Shown: positions 1 to 5,536 of the stretch, in pieces | Numbering within the stretch: position 1 is the first letter of the stretch | How the letters are laid out: each line of letters begins with the position of its first letter | Translations under genes and position numbers: made by a program | From: a virus | Lineage: Duplodnaviria; Heunggongvirae; Uroviricota; Caudoviricetes | Direction: 5' to 3' (one strand) | DNA length: 6,095 nt | IMG/VR virus record: IMGVR_UViG_2703718800_000011 | Notes under the pieces: generated by a model | What the model was told of the DNA's origin: nothing | The model's input: the letters and a program-made list of their open reading frames with translations, nothing else | Databases searched by the model: none

Positions 1-347
1 GCGGCACGCAGACGGCGGTACATCAGGGCACGGGACATCTCCAGAATCAGCGCCGTAGTTTCACCGGTCGGCTTATCCCCCAGTTCAGCCATCATGGCTT
101 TTGTCTGCTCGCGCAAATCACGCAGATTGCGGGCAATCAGCTCATTACGGGAGGCTTCCCGGCTGATGGCCGCCGGTGAAAGCTGCTGCTCTTCCGGCAG
201 GCCTGCCTCGCGGATCAGACGGTTGATTTCCTCGCGGATCTGGACCTGCGTCAGACGTTTTTCACGCAGCATTTCCAGCAGCGGCTTACGGATGCTGTCG
301 GGGAGCAAATCCACCTTGCGCACGCGGCCACGCGTCGGCTTGTCCAT
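1..347 (-). CDS. Small terminase subunit, Mu gp27-like (DUF3486-type); N-terminal 115 codons, C-terminus beyond window start
   Basis: Absent from the ORF track because it runs off the edge. Minus-strand ATG at 347..345 sits 2 nt after the TAA of the upstream gene and is preceded by an SD-like AAGGGGGT. Frame is open to position 1. Translation begins MDKPTRGRVRKVDLLPDSIRKPLLEMLREKRLTQVQIREEINRLIREAGLPEE, which I recognise from memory as the conserved N-terminus of Mu gp27-type small terminases. Position downstream of the lysis genes agrees. Confidence 0.65.
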   Translation of the reverse strand, partial: MDKPTRGRVRKVDLLPDSIRKPLLEMLREKRLTQVQIREEINRLIREAGLPEEQQLSPAAISREASRNELIARNLRDLREQTKAMMAELGDKPTGETTALILEMSRALMYRRLRA

Positions 348-349
348 CG

Positions 350-640
350 TTACCCCCTTGCGCGTGGTTTCTTCACACCCGGAACACTGGCGCGGCCTTC
401 CGCCACATCCTGCCCCCGGCCGGTCAGCTCTGCGATGAAATAACCGTTAATCAGAACGCGTTTGCGCACCAGTCCCTGTTCGGCAAGCCAGGCAATGTGG
501 GTGTGAACGGTGTCGCGGGACACGCGGTGACCGTAATCATCCAGACAGTCCTGGAGCACGGATTCACCCAGTTCACCGTTGTAATCTGCCAGCGACCGCA
601 GAATGACCAGACGCTGATCTTCAGTAATGAAATCACTCAT
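350..640 (-). CDS. Hypothetical phage late protein in the Mu gp26 position
   Basis: 96 aa ORF (MSDFITEDQRLVILRSLADYNGELGESVLQDCLDDYGHRVSRDTVHTHIAWLAEQGLV...). ATG at 640 is preceded by AAGGAAAAAAA and overlaps the upstream stop as ATGA. Helix-rich, possibly winged-helix-like; function not recognised. Confidence 0.55.
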   Translation of the reverse strand: MSDFITEDQRLVILRSLADYNGELGESVLQDCLDDYGHRVSRDTVHTHIAWLAEQGLVRKRVLINGYFIAELTGRGQDVAEGRASVPGVKKPRARG

Positions 641-945
641 TGCGTTTTTTTCCTTACAGCCTGCTCCAGCAGCAGTTCGTTCTGATAGGAGACAGAGCGG
701 AGCGTGGCGTTCGTGGTTTTCAGTTCACCCCGCAGGGTCACGATTTCCACATTCAGACGGTTGACCTCGGCTTCTGTCGGCAGTGACGACAGGCGGGTTT
801 CCACCTTCTCAACGCGGTCGGAGAGTTTTTCAAAGGCCTCGCGGGGGACAAACGTTTTGCGCATCAGCGCCATGAATATCCCGCCAGCGGTTGCCGTCGC
901 CGAAAGGATCGGCACAACATAATCTTTAACGATGCTGACCCACAT
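637..945 (-). CDS. Membrane-anchored coiled-coil protein in the Mu gp25 position (possible lysis accessory or releasin-like protein)
   Basis: 102 aa. N-terminal hydrophobic segment VVPILSATATAGGIFMALM is followed by a charged, heptad-like region (EKLSDRVEKVETRLSSLPTEAEVNRLNVEIVTLRGELK). Strong SD GGAGG 6 nt upstream of ATG 945. Functional call is by position only. Confidence 0.55.
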   Translation of the reverse strand: MWVSIVKDYVVPILSATATAGGIFMALMRKTFVPREAFEKLSDRVEKVETRLSSLPTEAEVNRLNVEIVTLRGELKTTNATLRSVSYQNELLLEQAVRKKTQ

Positions 946-1153
946 GACGGGCCTCCATGATGTTCTGGCAGTTCACACAACGGATGGCATCCGGCACAGC
1001 AACAAGACGTGCGGCGGGGATCTCTCCGCCACAGTCTGCGCAGACACGTCTGCCCGGAGCATCCATTGCCCGGCACTTACGTGTCAGCCGGTTACAAAGG
1101 GCGCGTTCTGATCCCCGCTCCATCACAGCCTGAGCACGATCTGAATCATCCAT
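926..1153 (-). CDS. TraR/DksA-family C4 zinc-finger protein
   Basis: 75 aa with CADCGGEIPAARLVAVPDAIRCVNCQ, i.e. CxxC-(17 aa)-CxxC with the conserved IP..R and C..CQ spacing typical of phage and plasmid TraR-like proteins. SD AAGGAAAAG lies upstream of ATG 1153. Confidence 0.7.
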   Translation of the reverse strand: MDDSDRAQAVMERGSERALCNRLTRKCRAMDAPGRRVCADCGGEIPAARLVAVPDAIRCVNCQNIMEARHVGQHR

Positions 1154-1162
1154 AGCTTTTCC

Positions 1163-1534
1163 TTACTTCGTCTTTCCTGCCGGAACAGCAGGCGTTCCGG
1201 CCATATCAGTAAATTCATGTTGTCGCCGCGCCTCCAGACGACGAATACTGGCCTTGTCCACGTTGCAGTTCTTGATCACCGCCAGCAGTTGCAGGTTGTA
1301 AGTGACCGATGCCCCAAACGTGAACGGCTCCGGCGCAGGAGGCACCAGGCAGTCAGCCAGCCATTCAGCGGGGATCGGCACCGGCTTCACAGGCACGTAT
1401 TTCACAGACGGCCCGGCGCACCCGATCAGCCACATCATCAGGAACAGGGGCAGAGGCCGCAGGCACTGCTGCCAGCGACCGGCGGACAACGCTCTGCTGC
1501 CCCTCGCTGTGCTGAATGTTCTGTTGTTTTTCAT
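1163..1534 (-). CDS. Putative o-spanin (Rz1-like outer-membrane lipoprotein), overlapped architecture
   Basis: In a different frame from the i-spanin, beginning inside it and extending past its stop. Contains a hydrophobic stretch ending in the lipobox-like LIGC, followed by a proline-rich mature region (VPVKPVPIPAEW...VPPAPEP). Start chosen at ATG 1534 (MKNNRT...); the true start is uncertain and the whole call is weaker than the endolysin. Confidence 0.45.
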   Translation of the reverse strand: MKNNRTFSTARGSRALSAGRWQQCLRPLPLFLMMWLIGCAGPSVKYVPVKPVPIPAEWLADCLVPPAPEPFTFGASVTYNLQLLAVIKNCNVDKASIRRLEARRQHEFTDMAGTPAVPAGKTK

Positions 1535-1754
1535 TCGTGGCCGCCTCACTGATTTGTGAAATGAGTTGCAGGGTGCGTTGCTGGTTTGCCAGCACCAGAC
1601 GGGCTTCGTCCCGTTCGCGCACAAGCACATGATTATTGTCCTCAAGGCGCTGCGTCTTCTGGTGCATTCCCCATACCACGGCAGCCAGCACGCTCATCAC
1701 CCCCAGCGCCGCCATACAGCCTCCGGCAATCAGGGCCGGTAAGGGATTATTCAC
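1365..1754 (-). CDS. Putative i-spanin (Rz-like inner-membrane spanin component); start uncertain
   Basis: Hydrophobic segment LPALIAGGCMAALGVMSVLAAVVWGM followed by a long charged, coiled-coil-like region (HQKTQRLEDNNHVLVRERDEARLVLANQQRTLQLISQISEAATNEKQQ). Track ORF starts at 1886, but that overlaps the endolysin 3' end. Candidate starts: GTG 1754 (overlaps the stop of an 18-codon upstream ORF as GTGA), ATG 1715 (GGAGG 4 nt upstream, but leaves a short TMD), ATG 1865. Confidence 0.5.
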   Translation of the reverse strand: MNNPLPALIAGGCMAALGVMSVLAAVVWGMHQKTQRLEDNNHVLVRERDEARLVLANQQRTLQLISQISEAATNEKQQNIQHSEGQQSVVRRSLAAVPAASAPVPDDVADRVRRAVCEIRACEAGADPR

Positions 1755-1827
1755 CGCAGCCACAGCACACCCCGCAGCAGCACAACGGCACACAGCAGCG
1801 CAATCATGAGCGGTCGCCAGAAGCGGT

Positions 1828-2328
1828 TCAGACTTTCGGCAAATCGTAGCGACATAACCATTCATCCGCCGAACGGCGGGCCTCAAGACCGGGGAGTTTC
1901 ACCCCCTTCGAATAAATCCAGCGGATGTACTGCTTACAGGACGCGGGCATCTGCCCGGCATTGATCAGGCGCAGAAGCGTGGAGTTGCGGAAGTTCGTTT
2001 CACCAGCCCAGAAGATCCACGAAGCCAGCGCCACCGTCTGACCACGGGTAAGCGGCACCTGAACACGCCGATCAATGGCCGCAAAGGCCCATTTCATGTC
2101 CTTTTCCAGTAGTTCCAGGCATTCTTCATCCGTCAGGGTCATACCCGGTTTCACATCCGGGCCGGTATGGCCGTAACAGATGGTTGGTGTACCGGTGGGA
2201 TCGATATACGTGGAGTTTTCTTTCCCTTCCCAGTAACCGGTGTAATGCGTGGTAATGGTGAACGTCCCGGCACCGGCCATAACAAGGGCAATCAGCTTTT
2301 TACGCAGTGGTGCGGGGAGTTTTGGCAT
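1828..2328 (-). CDS. SAR (signal-anchor-release) endolysin, phage lysozyme family (GH24, T4/P21-type)
   Basis: 166 aa. Weakly hydrophobic Gly/Ala-rich N-terminus LIALVMAGAGTFTITT typical of SAR domains. E...D...T catalytic arrangement in WEGKENSTYIDPTGTPTICYGHTG, then the GETNFRNSTLLRLINAG and GLEARR motifs that I recall from P21 R-type lysozymes. Confidence 0.85.
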   Translation of the reverse strand: MPKLPAPLRKKLIALVMAGAGTFTITTHYTGYWEGKENSTYIDPTGTPTICYGHTGPDVKPGMTLTDEECLELLEKDMKWAFAAIDRRVQVPLTRGQTVALASWIFWAGETNFRNSTLLRLINAGQMPASCKQYIRWIYSKGVKLPGLEARRSADEWLCRYDLPKV

Positions 2329-2330
2329 TG

Positions 2331-2366
2331 TTACGCTGTCTCATGATGTTCTCTGAGTCAGCGTAA
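2331..2366. promoter_or_regulatory. 36 bp imperfect palindrome abutting the endolysin start codon
   Basis: Plus strand TTACGCTG-t-CTCA-tgatgttctc-TGAG-t-CAGCGTAA: 12 complementary bp in two blocks around a 10 nt centre. It lies in the 71 bp gap between the Mor/C-like stop (2400) and the endolysin ATG (2328). Could be an operator for a dimeric regulator or an mRNA hairpin covering the endolysin ribosome-binding region. Confidence 0.3.
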
Positions 2367-2399
2367 CGGTGAAGGAAAGGCGGCAGGCTTTGCGGAATA

Positions 2400-2822
2400 T
2401 CAGAAAAGTGGCGGTTGCGTTCTTGCCAGATGCAGACGGCGCTGTTCGCGTATGACGGTATAAATCTGGGTTTCTGACATCCTGTAATGGCGGCGCAGGG
2501 TTTCAATTTTTTCGCCCTGGCTCCAGCGGGAAAAAATCTCATTATTGCGCAGTTCGGTGAAAAGGGATTCACCGACCGGGAGATAATAACCACGCCCGCC
2601 CATGTACCCGGCCTGTGCGGCCGCAACTTTACGGGCAAGCATTCCTGCCTGAGCAGGTTCAATCCCCTGACGGTGCAGTTCAGCACTGATCACATCAACC
2701 AGGTCCCGCAGCGTGCCGGGCCAGTTCTTTTTCAGCTCATCATCAGGAATGTCATCCAGACGGTCAATCAGCGCGTGCAGCTGTTCGCTGTCACCAAACA
2801 TGCTCATCTGTGTTTCAGCCAT
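2400..2822 (-). CDS. Mor/C-family transcriptional activator (Mu middle/late activator homolog)
   Basis: 140 aa. N-terminal acidic region with MFGDSEQLHALIDRLDD; C-terminal GGRGYYLPVGESLFTELRNNEIFSRWSQGEKIETLRRHYRMSETQIYTVIREQRRLHLARTQPPLF matches my recollection of the Mor family (GG..YIP, RN..I...F.G, HTH, and the Mu Mor C-terminus ...RRMRRLKYRQYQPSLL). GGAGG SD 5 nt upstream of ATG 2822; located immediately upstream of the endolysin. Confidence 0.75.
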   Translation of the reverse strand: MAETQMSMFGDSEQLHALIDRLDDIPDDELKKNWPGTLRDLVDVISAELHRQGIEPAQAGMLARKVAAAQAGYMGGRGYYLPVGESLFTELRNNEIFSRWSQGEKIETLRRHYRMSETQIYTVIREQRRLHLARTQPPLF

Positions 2823-2854
2823 ACCCGCCTCCGGTCATCATTACACAGGGCAAG

Positions 2855-2888
2855 TTTAAAATAAAAATCCCGCGCTGTGGCGGGATTT
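2855..2888 (-). terminator. Intrinsic terminator hairpin, copy 1 (strong for minus-strand transcripts)
   Basis: AAATCCCGC-gctgtg-GCGGGATTT at 2865..2888: perfect 9 bp stem, 6 nt loop. On the minus-strand RNA the stem is followed by UUUUUAUUUU. Sits 43 nt upstream of the Mor/C-like ATG. Confidence 0.6.
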
Positions 2889-2930
2889 AGAGGCGCTGTA
2901 AATCATAACCCGAAATGAGCTGTGTATTTA

Positions 2931-2959
2931 TTGATCATTTTCCGGTGTAACTATATGAT
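2931..2959 (+). promoter_or_regulatory. Candidate sigma70-type promoter for the plus-strand cargo gene
   Basis: TTGATC (2931..2936), 17 nt spacer, TATGAT (2954..2959) on the plus strand in an AT-rich tract, about 200 nt upstream of ATG 3163. Pattern match only. Confidence 0.3.
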
Positions 2960-3162
2960 AAAGATCGTTTTTATTTTTAAAAATACAAACCCTGAAGGAG
3001 TTTTTCTTATCAAAAAGCTTGTGCATATTGCGGGTTATTGTTGTTTCATCAACATGAAAACCAATTATCCCAACTCTTAAAGCACACCAGGCTTGCTCCA
3101 GTGCAAAAACAAATAATTTCAGTCTGCCTGACAGCGTTCCACCGGAATAAAGGAAGATATCC

Positions 3163-3585
3163 ATGAAACAACCTCCATCTTTGCTTTTATCGTGCCCACC
3201 AGAACTGGCCCATGAACTCAATGATCTGGCGAAAGAGTATAAACTTACAAATCATAATATAGAAGCAGCAACACTTAGTGCTGCCGGAAGCGATATTGTA
3301 TTGATCGTTCTGGCCGCAGCTTCATGCGATGGGTTCTGGCAGGCATTAGCCAGTATGTTTCAGACGTGGTTACATCGTAAACCAACAAAACAAACACCCC
3401 CGGAAAAGAAAGTTATTCGTAGCGTCATTGTTCGTAGCTGGGAACACTATCAGGAGACAACTAAACAAACTGAATTTTATAACTTTGATGCTGATGAGCT
3501 GGCTAAATTGATAGCGTTATATGAAAAACCAGATGAAACAATTGGTTGCATAATCCCGTCAGAAACGGAAATTCAGGAAAAATAA
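3163..3585 (+). CDS. Hypothetical protein encoded by an opposite-strand, AT-rich moron cassette; one predicted hydrophobic helix; family not recognised
   Basis: 140 aa. The only convincing plus-strand ORF in the window. ATG 3163 is preceded by AAGGAAG with a 6 nt spacer. Stop TAA (3583..3585) runs directly into terminator copy 2. Composition is visibly more AT-rich than the flanking phage genes. Hydrophobic segment SDIVLIVLAAASCDGFWQALASMF; C-terminal half charged and acidic. Confidence 0.6.
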   Translation: MKQPPSLLLSCPPELAHELNDLAKEYKLTNHNIEAATLSAAGSDIVLIVLAAASCDGFWQALASMFQTWLHRKPTKQTPPEKKVIRSVIVRSWEHYQETTKQTEFYNFDADELAKLIALYEKPDETIGCIIPSETEIQEK

Positions 3586-3608
3586 AATCCCGCACTGTGG
3601 CGGGATTT
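3575..3608 (-). terminator. Intrinsic terminator hairpin, copy 2 (terminates the minus-strand early operon after the GemA-like gene; also follows the plus-strand cargo gene)
   Basis: AAATCCCGC-actgtg-GCGGGATTT at 3585..3608: 9 bp stem, 6 nt loop. On the minus-strand RNA it is followed by UUUUAUUUUU. Begins 4 nt after the GemA-like stop (3612). Near-identical to copy 1 over about 31 bp. Confidence 0.65.
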
Positions 3609-3611
3609 GGG

Positions 3612-4121
3612 TTAACAGGGGAATGATTTTTCATACAGCCTGCAAACGCGCTCATAACTCATCACTGCACGCTCCGACATATCCAGGGCTGCCAGCATTT
3701 TGCGGCGGTGCCAGCGTTTGAGACGCTCCAGCACATCAGAGGCCAGCTCGGGGTGTTGCTCCAGCCACTGCCAGTTAGCCACACCTTCGCCGCCGTTCTG
3801 CGCGGCCGTCTGCGATTGCACCCAGCGGTTAAGGGCCGTTTCCGCACCATCAGAAATAAAGCCCTGCCGGTGCATCACTTTCCAGATGGCGCGAATTTTG
3901 GCGGTCACCGTACCCGGCTTTAAGGCCCGGTTAACCGGTTTCTGACGCACTTTAAAACCGCGTTTTTTGAAAACATCCAGTACGCGGGATAACTCATCCG
4001 GTGACATATCCCGGCAACTGGCTTTACCGGTGGCTGCCAGCAGTGCGGATGTATAGGTTTCATCATCCAGAGCAAGCTCGCGTTTTGCCACATGAATGGC
4101 AGATATCAGTTTTCCTCTCAT
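3612..4121 (-). CDS. GemA-like protein (Mu gp16 family, DUF1018-type)
   Basis: 169 aa. N-terminus MRGKLISAIHVAKRELALDDETYTSALLAATGKASCRDMSPDELSRVLDVFKKRGF fits my recollection of the gp16/GemA signature (LI..IH.AK..L.LDD..YR.LL...TGK.S..DM...EL..VL). Start overlaps the upstream stop as ATGA. Confidence 0.7.
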   Translation of the reverse strand: MRGKLISAIHVAKRELALDDETYTSALLAATGKASCRDMSPDELSRVLDVFKKRGFKVRQKPVNRALKPGTVTAKIRAIWKVMHRQGFISDGAETALNRWVQSQTAAQNGGEGVANWQWLEQHPELASDVLERLKRWHRRKMLAALDMSERAVMSYERVCRLYEKSFPC

Positions 4122-4429
4122 ACCGTATTTACCTTTTTACGGACATGGAAAGCCTTTTCTGGCTCATTCCACCGGATATGATGCGTTGGCGGAATAATCA
4201 TTATGTGCCAGCCATCTCTGGTTGTTATTCGGCAGAAAAACTCACCGCTGTATAACACAATGGCCTGCTGAATAAGCGCATCCGCAGCCAGCTCAAGCAG
4301 ATATCTTTTATCAAAAAGGCTGATAATTTTCCGGCATAACCACCGGGTGATAACAAATGCGCCGAAAAACGATGTGATATATAAACACCAGAACAGCAGA
4401 GAAATATTGTCCGTTATTTGCTCATCCAT
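4118..4429 (-). CDS. Small membrane protein, unknown function
   Basis: 103 aa with one clear transmembrane segment ISLLFWCLYITSFFGAFVITRWLC. GGGAGA SD 6 nt upstream of ATG 4429. Sequence looks more AT-rich than its neighbours. Translationally coupled at both ends. Confidence 0.55.
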   Translation of the reverse strand: MDEQITDNISLLFWCLYITSFFGAFVITRWLCRKIISLFDKRYLLELAADALIQQAIVLYSGEFFCRITTRDGWHIMIIPPTHHIRWNEPEKAFHVRKKVNTV

Positions 4430-4754
4430 TGTGTATCTCCCGTAATTCCGGTAAAGCCGAAATATGGCACCAGTGCGTCACCTGTCCATCCTCATCTTCA
4501 AGGCAGGCTCCGGTTTCTTCATCAACAAAAAAACCTTCATACCCGATATGGCCGATGCGCAGCTCCTGTCGGTGACCGTACTGAACAATCAGTACAACAG
4601 CCTCCATATCAGGCGGGAAAGCATCATTCAGTGAATGCCAGGGATAACCGCGCAAATCCCCGAAATAAACCCCGGTCAGGGTTCCGCCACAGACCGGCAT
4701 CCCGGCGGCACATACCAGAGGTTCGTCTGATTCAACAAATAAGGTCGTTATCAT
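4422..4754 (-). CDS. Hypothetical acidic protein, unknown function
   Basis: 110 aa (MITTLFVESDEPLVCAAGMPVCGG...FVDEETGACLEDEDGQVTHWCH...). GGGAG SD 8 nt upstream of ATG 4754. ATGA overlap with the upstream gene and 8 nt overlap with the downstream one. Confidence 0.5.
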   Translation of the reverse strand: MITTLFVESDEPLVCAAGMPVCGGTLTGVYFGDLRGYPWHSLNDAFPPDMEAVVLIVQYGHRQELRIGHIGYEGFFVDEETGACLEDEDGQVTHWCHISALPELREIHNG

Positions 4755-5302
4755 GGCGTTAACTCCCGTAATACAGCGTCCCCGGCAGTCCGGCGATGGT
4801 GATAAATAAAATTCACCGTACTCTCGGATAATTCAAATTTCTCGCCTATTTCCCGGAAGGTAAGACGTCGTGGTGATTCAGCATCCCGTAATTCACGAAT
4901 AAGATGAACATCATCGTCAGGTATACGGGTGAAGGGCAGCAATTCTCCGTATTTTTTCATGCTTACGCCAATATATCGCGCCCGATTGTGGACAGAATCC
5001 CGGTCTCGCCCCAGATATTCTCCTATTTGCTTACCGGTCATCGTTCTGGCATTTTTTCGGATAAATTTATCTTCATCATGTTTAAATCTTGGACGTTTGC
5101 ATTTGAGCAACTCCGGGTAAGTACCGCGTAATAAAACAATCCGGTTATGTACACCCCAGAAACTTCTTTTTACCCTGACAGCAATATCCTTAACCGGGGT
5201 GGATGAATAAAGCGCAATCAGCAGCGCATCTTCTTCAGGTGTCCACGGACGGACATGAGCGGGGGCGCGACCTTTTCGCCCCATGGGTTGTAAAATCATC
5301 AT
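4751..5302 (-). CDS. Putative DNA-binding protein with repeated helix-turn-helix-like segments
   Basis: 183 aa. AGGGGGTGA SD upstream of ATG 5302. Contains WTPEEDALLIALY (SANT/Myb-like signature) plus two further HTH-like stretches, MTGKQIGEYLGRDRDSVHNRARYIGV and LTFREIGEKFELSESTVNFIYHHRR. Family not recognised. Confidence 0.55.
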   Translation of the reverse strand: MMILQPMGRKGRAPAHVRPWTPEEDALLIALYSSTPVKDIAVRVKRSFWGVHNRIVLLRGTYPELLKCKRPRFKHDEDKFIRKNARTMTGKQIGEYLGRDRDSVHNRARYIGVSMKKYGELLPFTRIPDDDVHLIRELRDAESPRRLTFREIGEKFELSESTVNFIYHHRRTAGDAVLRELTP

Positions 5303-5305
5303 ACA

Positions 5306-5536
5306 TCACCCCCTGACTCGCTTTTCAGCAGCATAAAACTCATCAGACAGAATTTCGGTCATTTTCTGATTTGCGGGTTTTACGCCGCACTCAAGGTAAA
5401 TCACATCGTCAACGCAGAACCACTTCACAGGGCCAAACATGATTGCCGAGAAATCAATACCCAGCCAGAACAACAGTGCATCGGTTCTGGCATACGTGAC
5501 GGGCGAATATTCACGCCACAGAAAGGTTTTCGCCAT
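5306..5536 (-). CDS. Hypothetical small protein
   Basis: 76 aa (MAKTFLWREYSPVTYARTDALLFWLGIDFSAIMFGPVKWFCVDDVIYLECGVKPANQKMTEILSDEFYAAEKRVRG). Stop lies 4 nt before the next start. Its 5' part overlaps the 104-aa ORF in another frame; weak SD. Confidence 0.45.
   Translation of the reverse strand: MAKTFLWREYSPVTYARTDALLFWLGIDFSAIMFGPVKWFCVDDVIYLECGVKPANQKMTEILSDEFYAAEKRVRG

Noticed and set aside
94-438. Plus-strand 114-aa ORF
   Set aside because: Antisense to the gp27-like and gp26-position genes; Arg/Ser-rich low-complexity translation typical of a shadow ORF on a GC-rich coding strand; no SD.
451-685. ORFs 451..636 (-) and 497..685 (+)
   Set aside because: Alternative frame or antisense of the well-supported 350..640 gene; no independent start signals.
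704-1076. ORFs 704..922 (+) and 864..1076 (-)
   Set aside because: Overlap the coiled-coil membrane protein and TraR-like genes in other frames; Arg/Cys-rich translations; considered spurious.
1217-1849. Plus-strand ORFs 1217..1552, 1302..1559 and 1586..1849
   Set aside because: Antisense to the spanin genes; Pro/Arg/Gln-rich low-complexity translations; no SD.
2300-2686. Minus-strand 128-aa ORF overlapping the Mor/C-like gene
   Set aside because: Out-of-frame overlap with a gene that has strong family-like motifs and a good SD; it also spans the intergenic palindrome; considered spurious.
2487-2864. Plus-strand 125-aa ORF
   Set aside because: Antisense to the Mor/C-like gene, with no SD.
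3163-3200. Possible lipoprotein signal at the cargo protein N-terminus (MKQPPSLLLSC)
   Set aside because: Only about 10 residues precede the Cys, the hydrophobic core is too short, and Leu at the -2 position is atypical; not convincing as a lipobox.
2928-3221. Minus-strand 97-aa ORF in the AT-rich cargo leader
   Set aside because: Overlaps the candidate promoter and 5' end of the plus-strand cargo gene; translation is low-complexity and there is no convincing SD. A short real peptide or antisense RNA here cannot be excluded but is not supported.
3662-4255. ORFs 3662..3850 (-), 3700..3945 (+), 3708..3923 (+) and 4001..4255 (+)
   Set aside because: Alternative-frame or antisense ORFs within the GemA-like and membrane-protein genes; Arg/Cys-rich; no start signals.
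4418-5131. Plus-strand ORFs 4418..4762, 4904..5131 and 4929..5120
   Set aside because: Antisense to well-coupled minus-strand genes; low-complexity translations.
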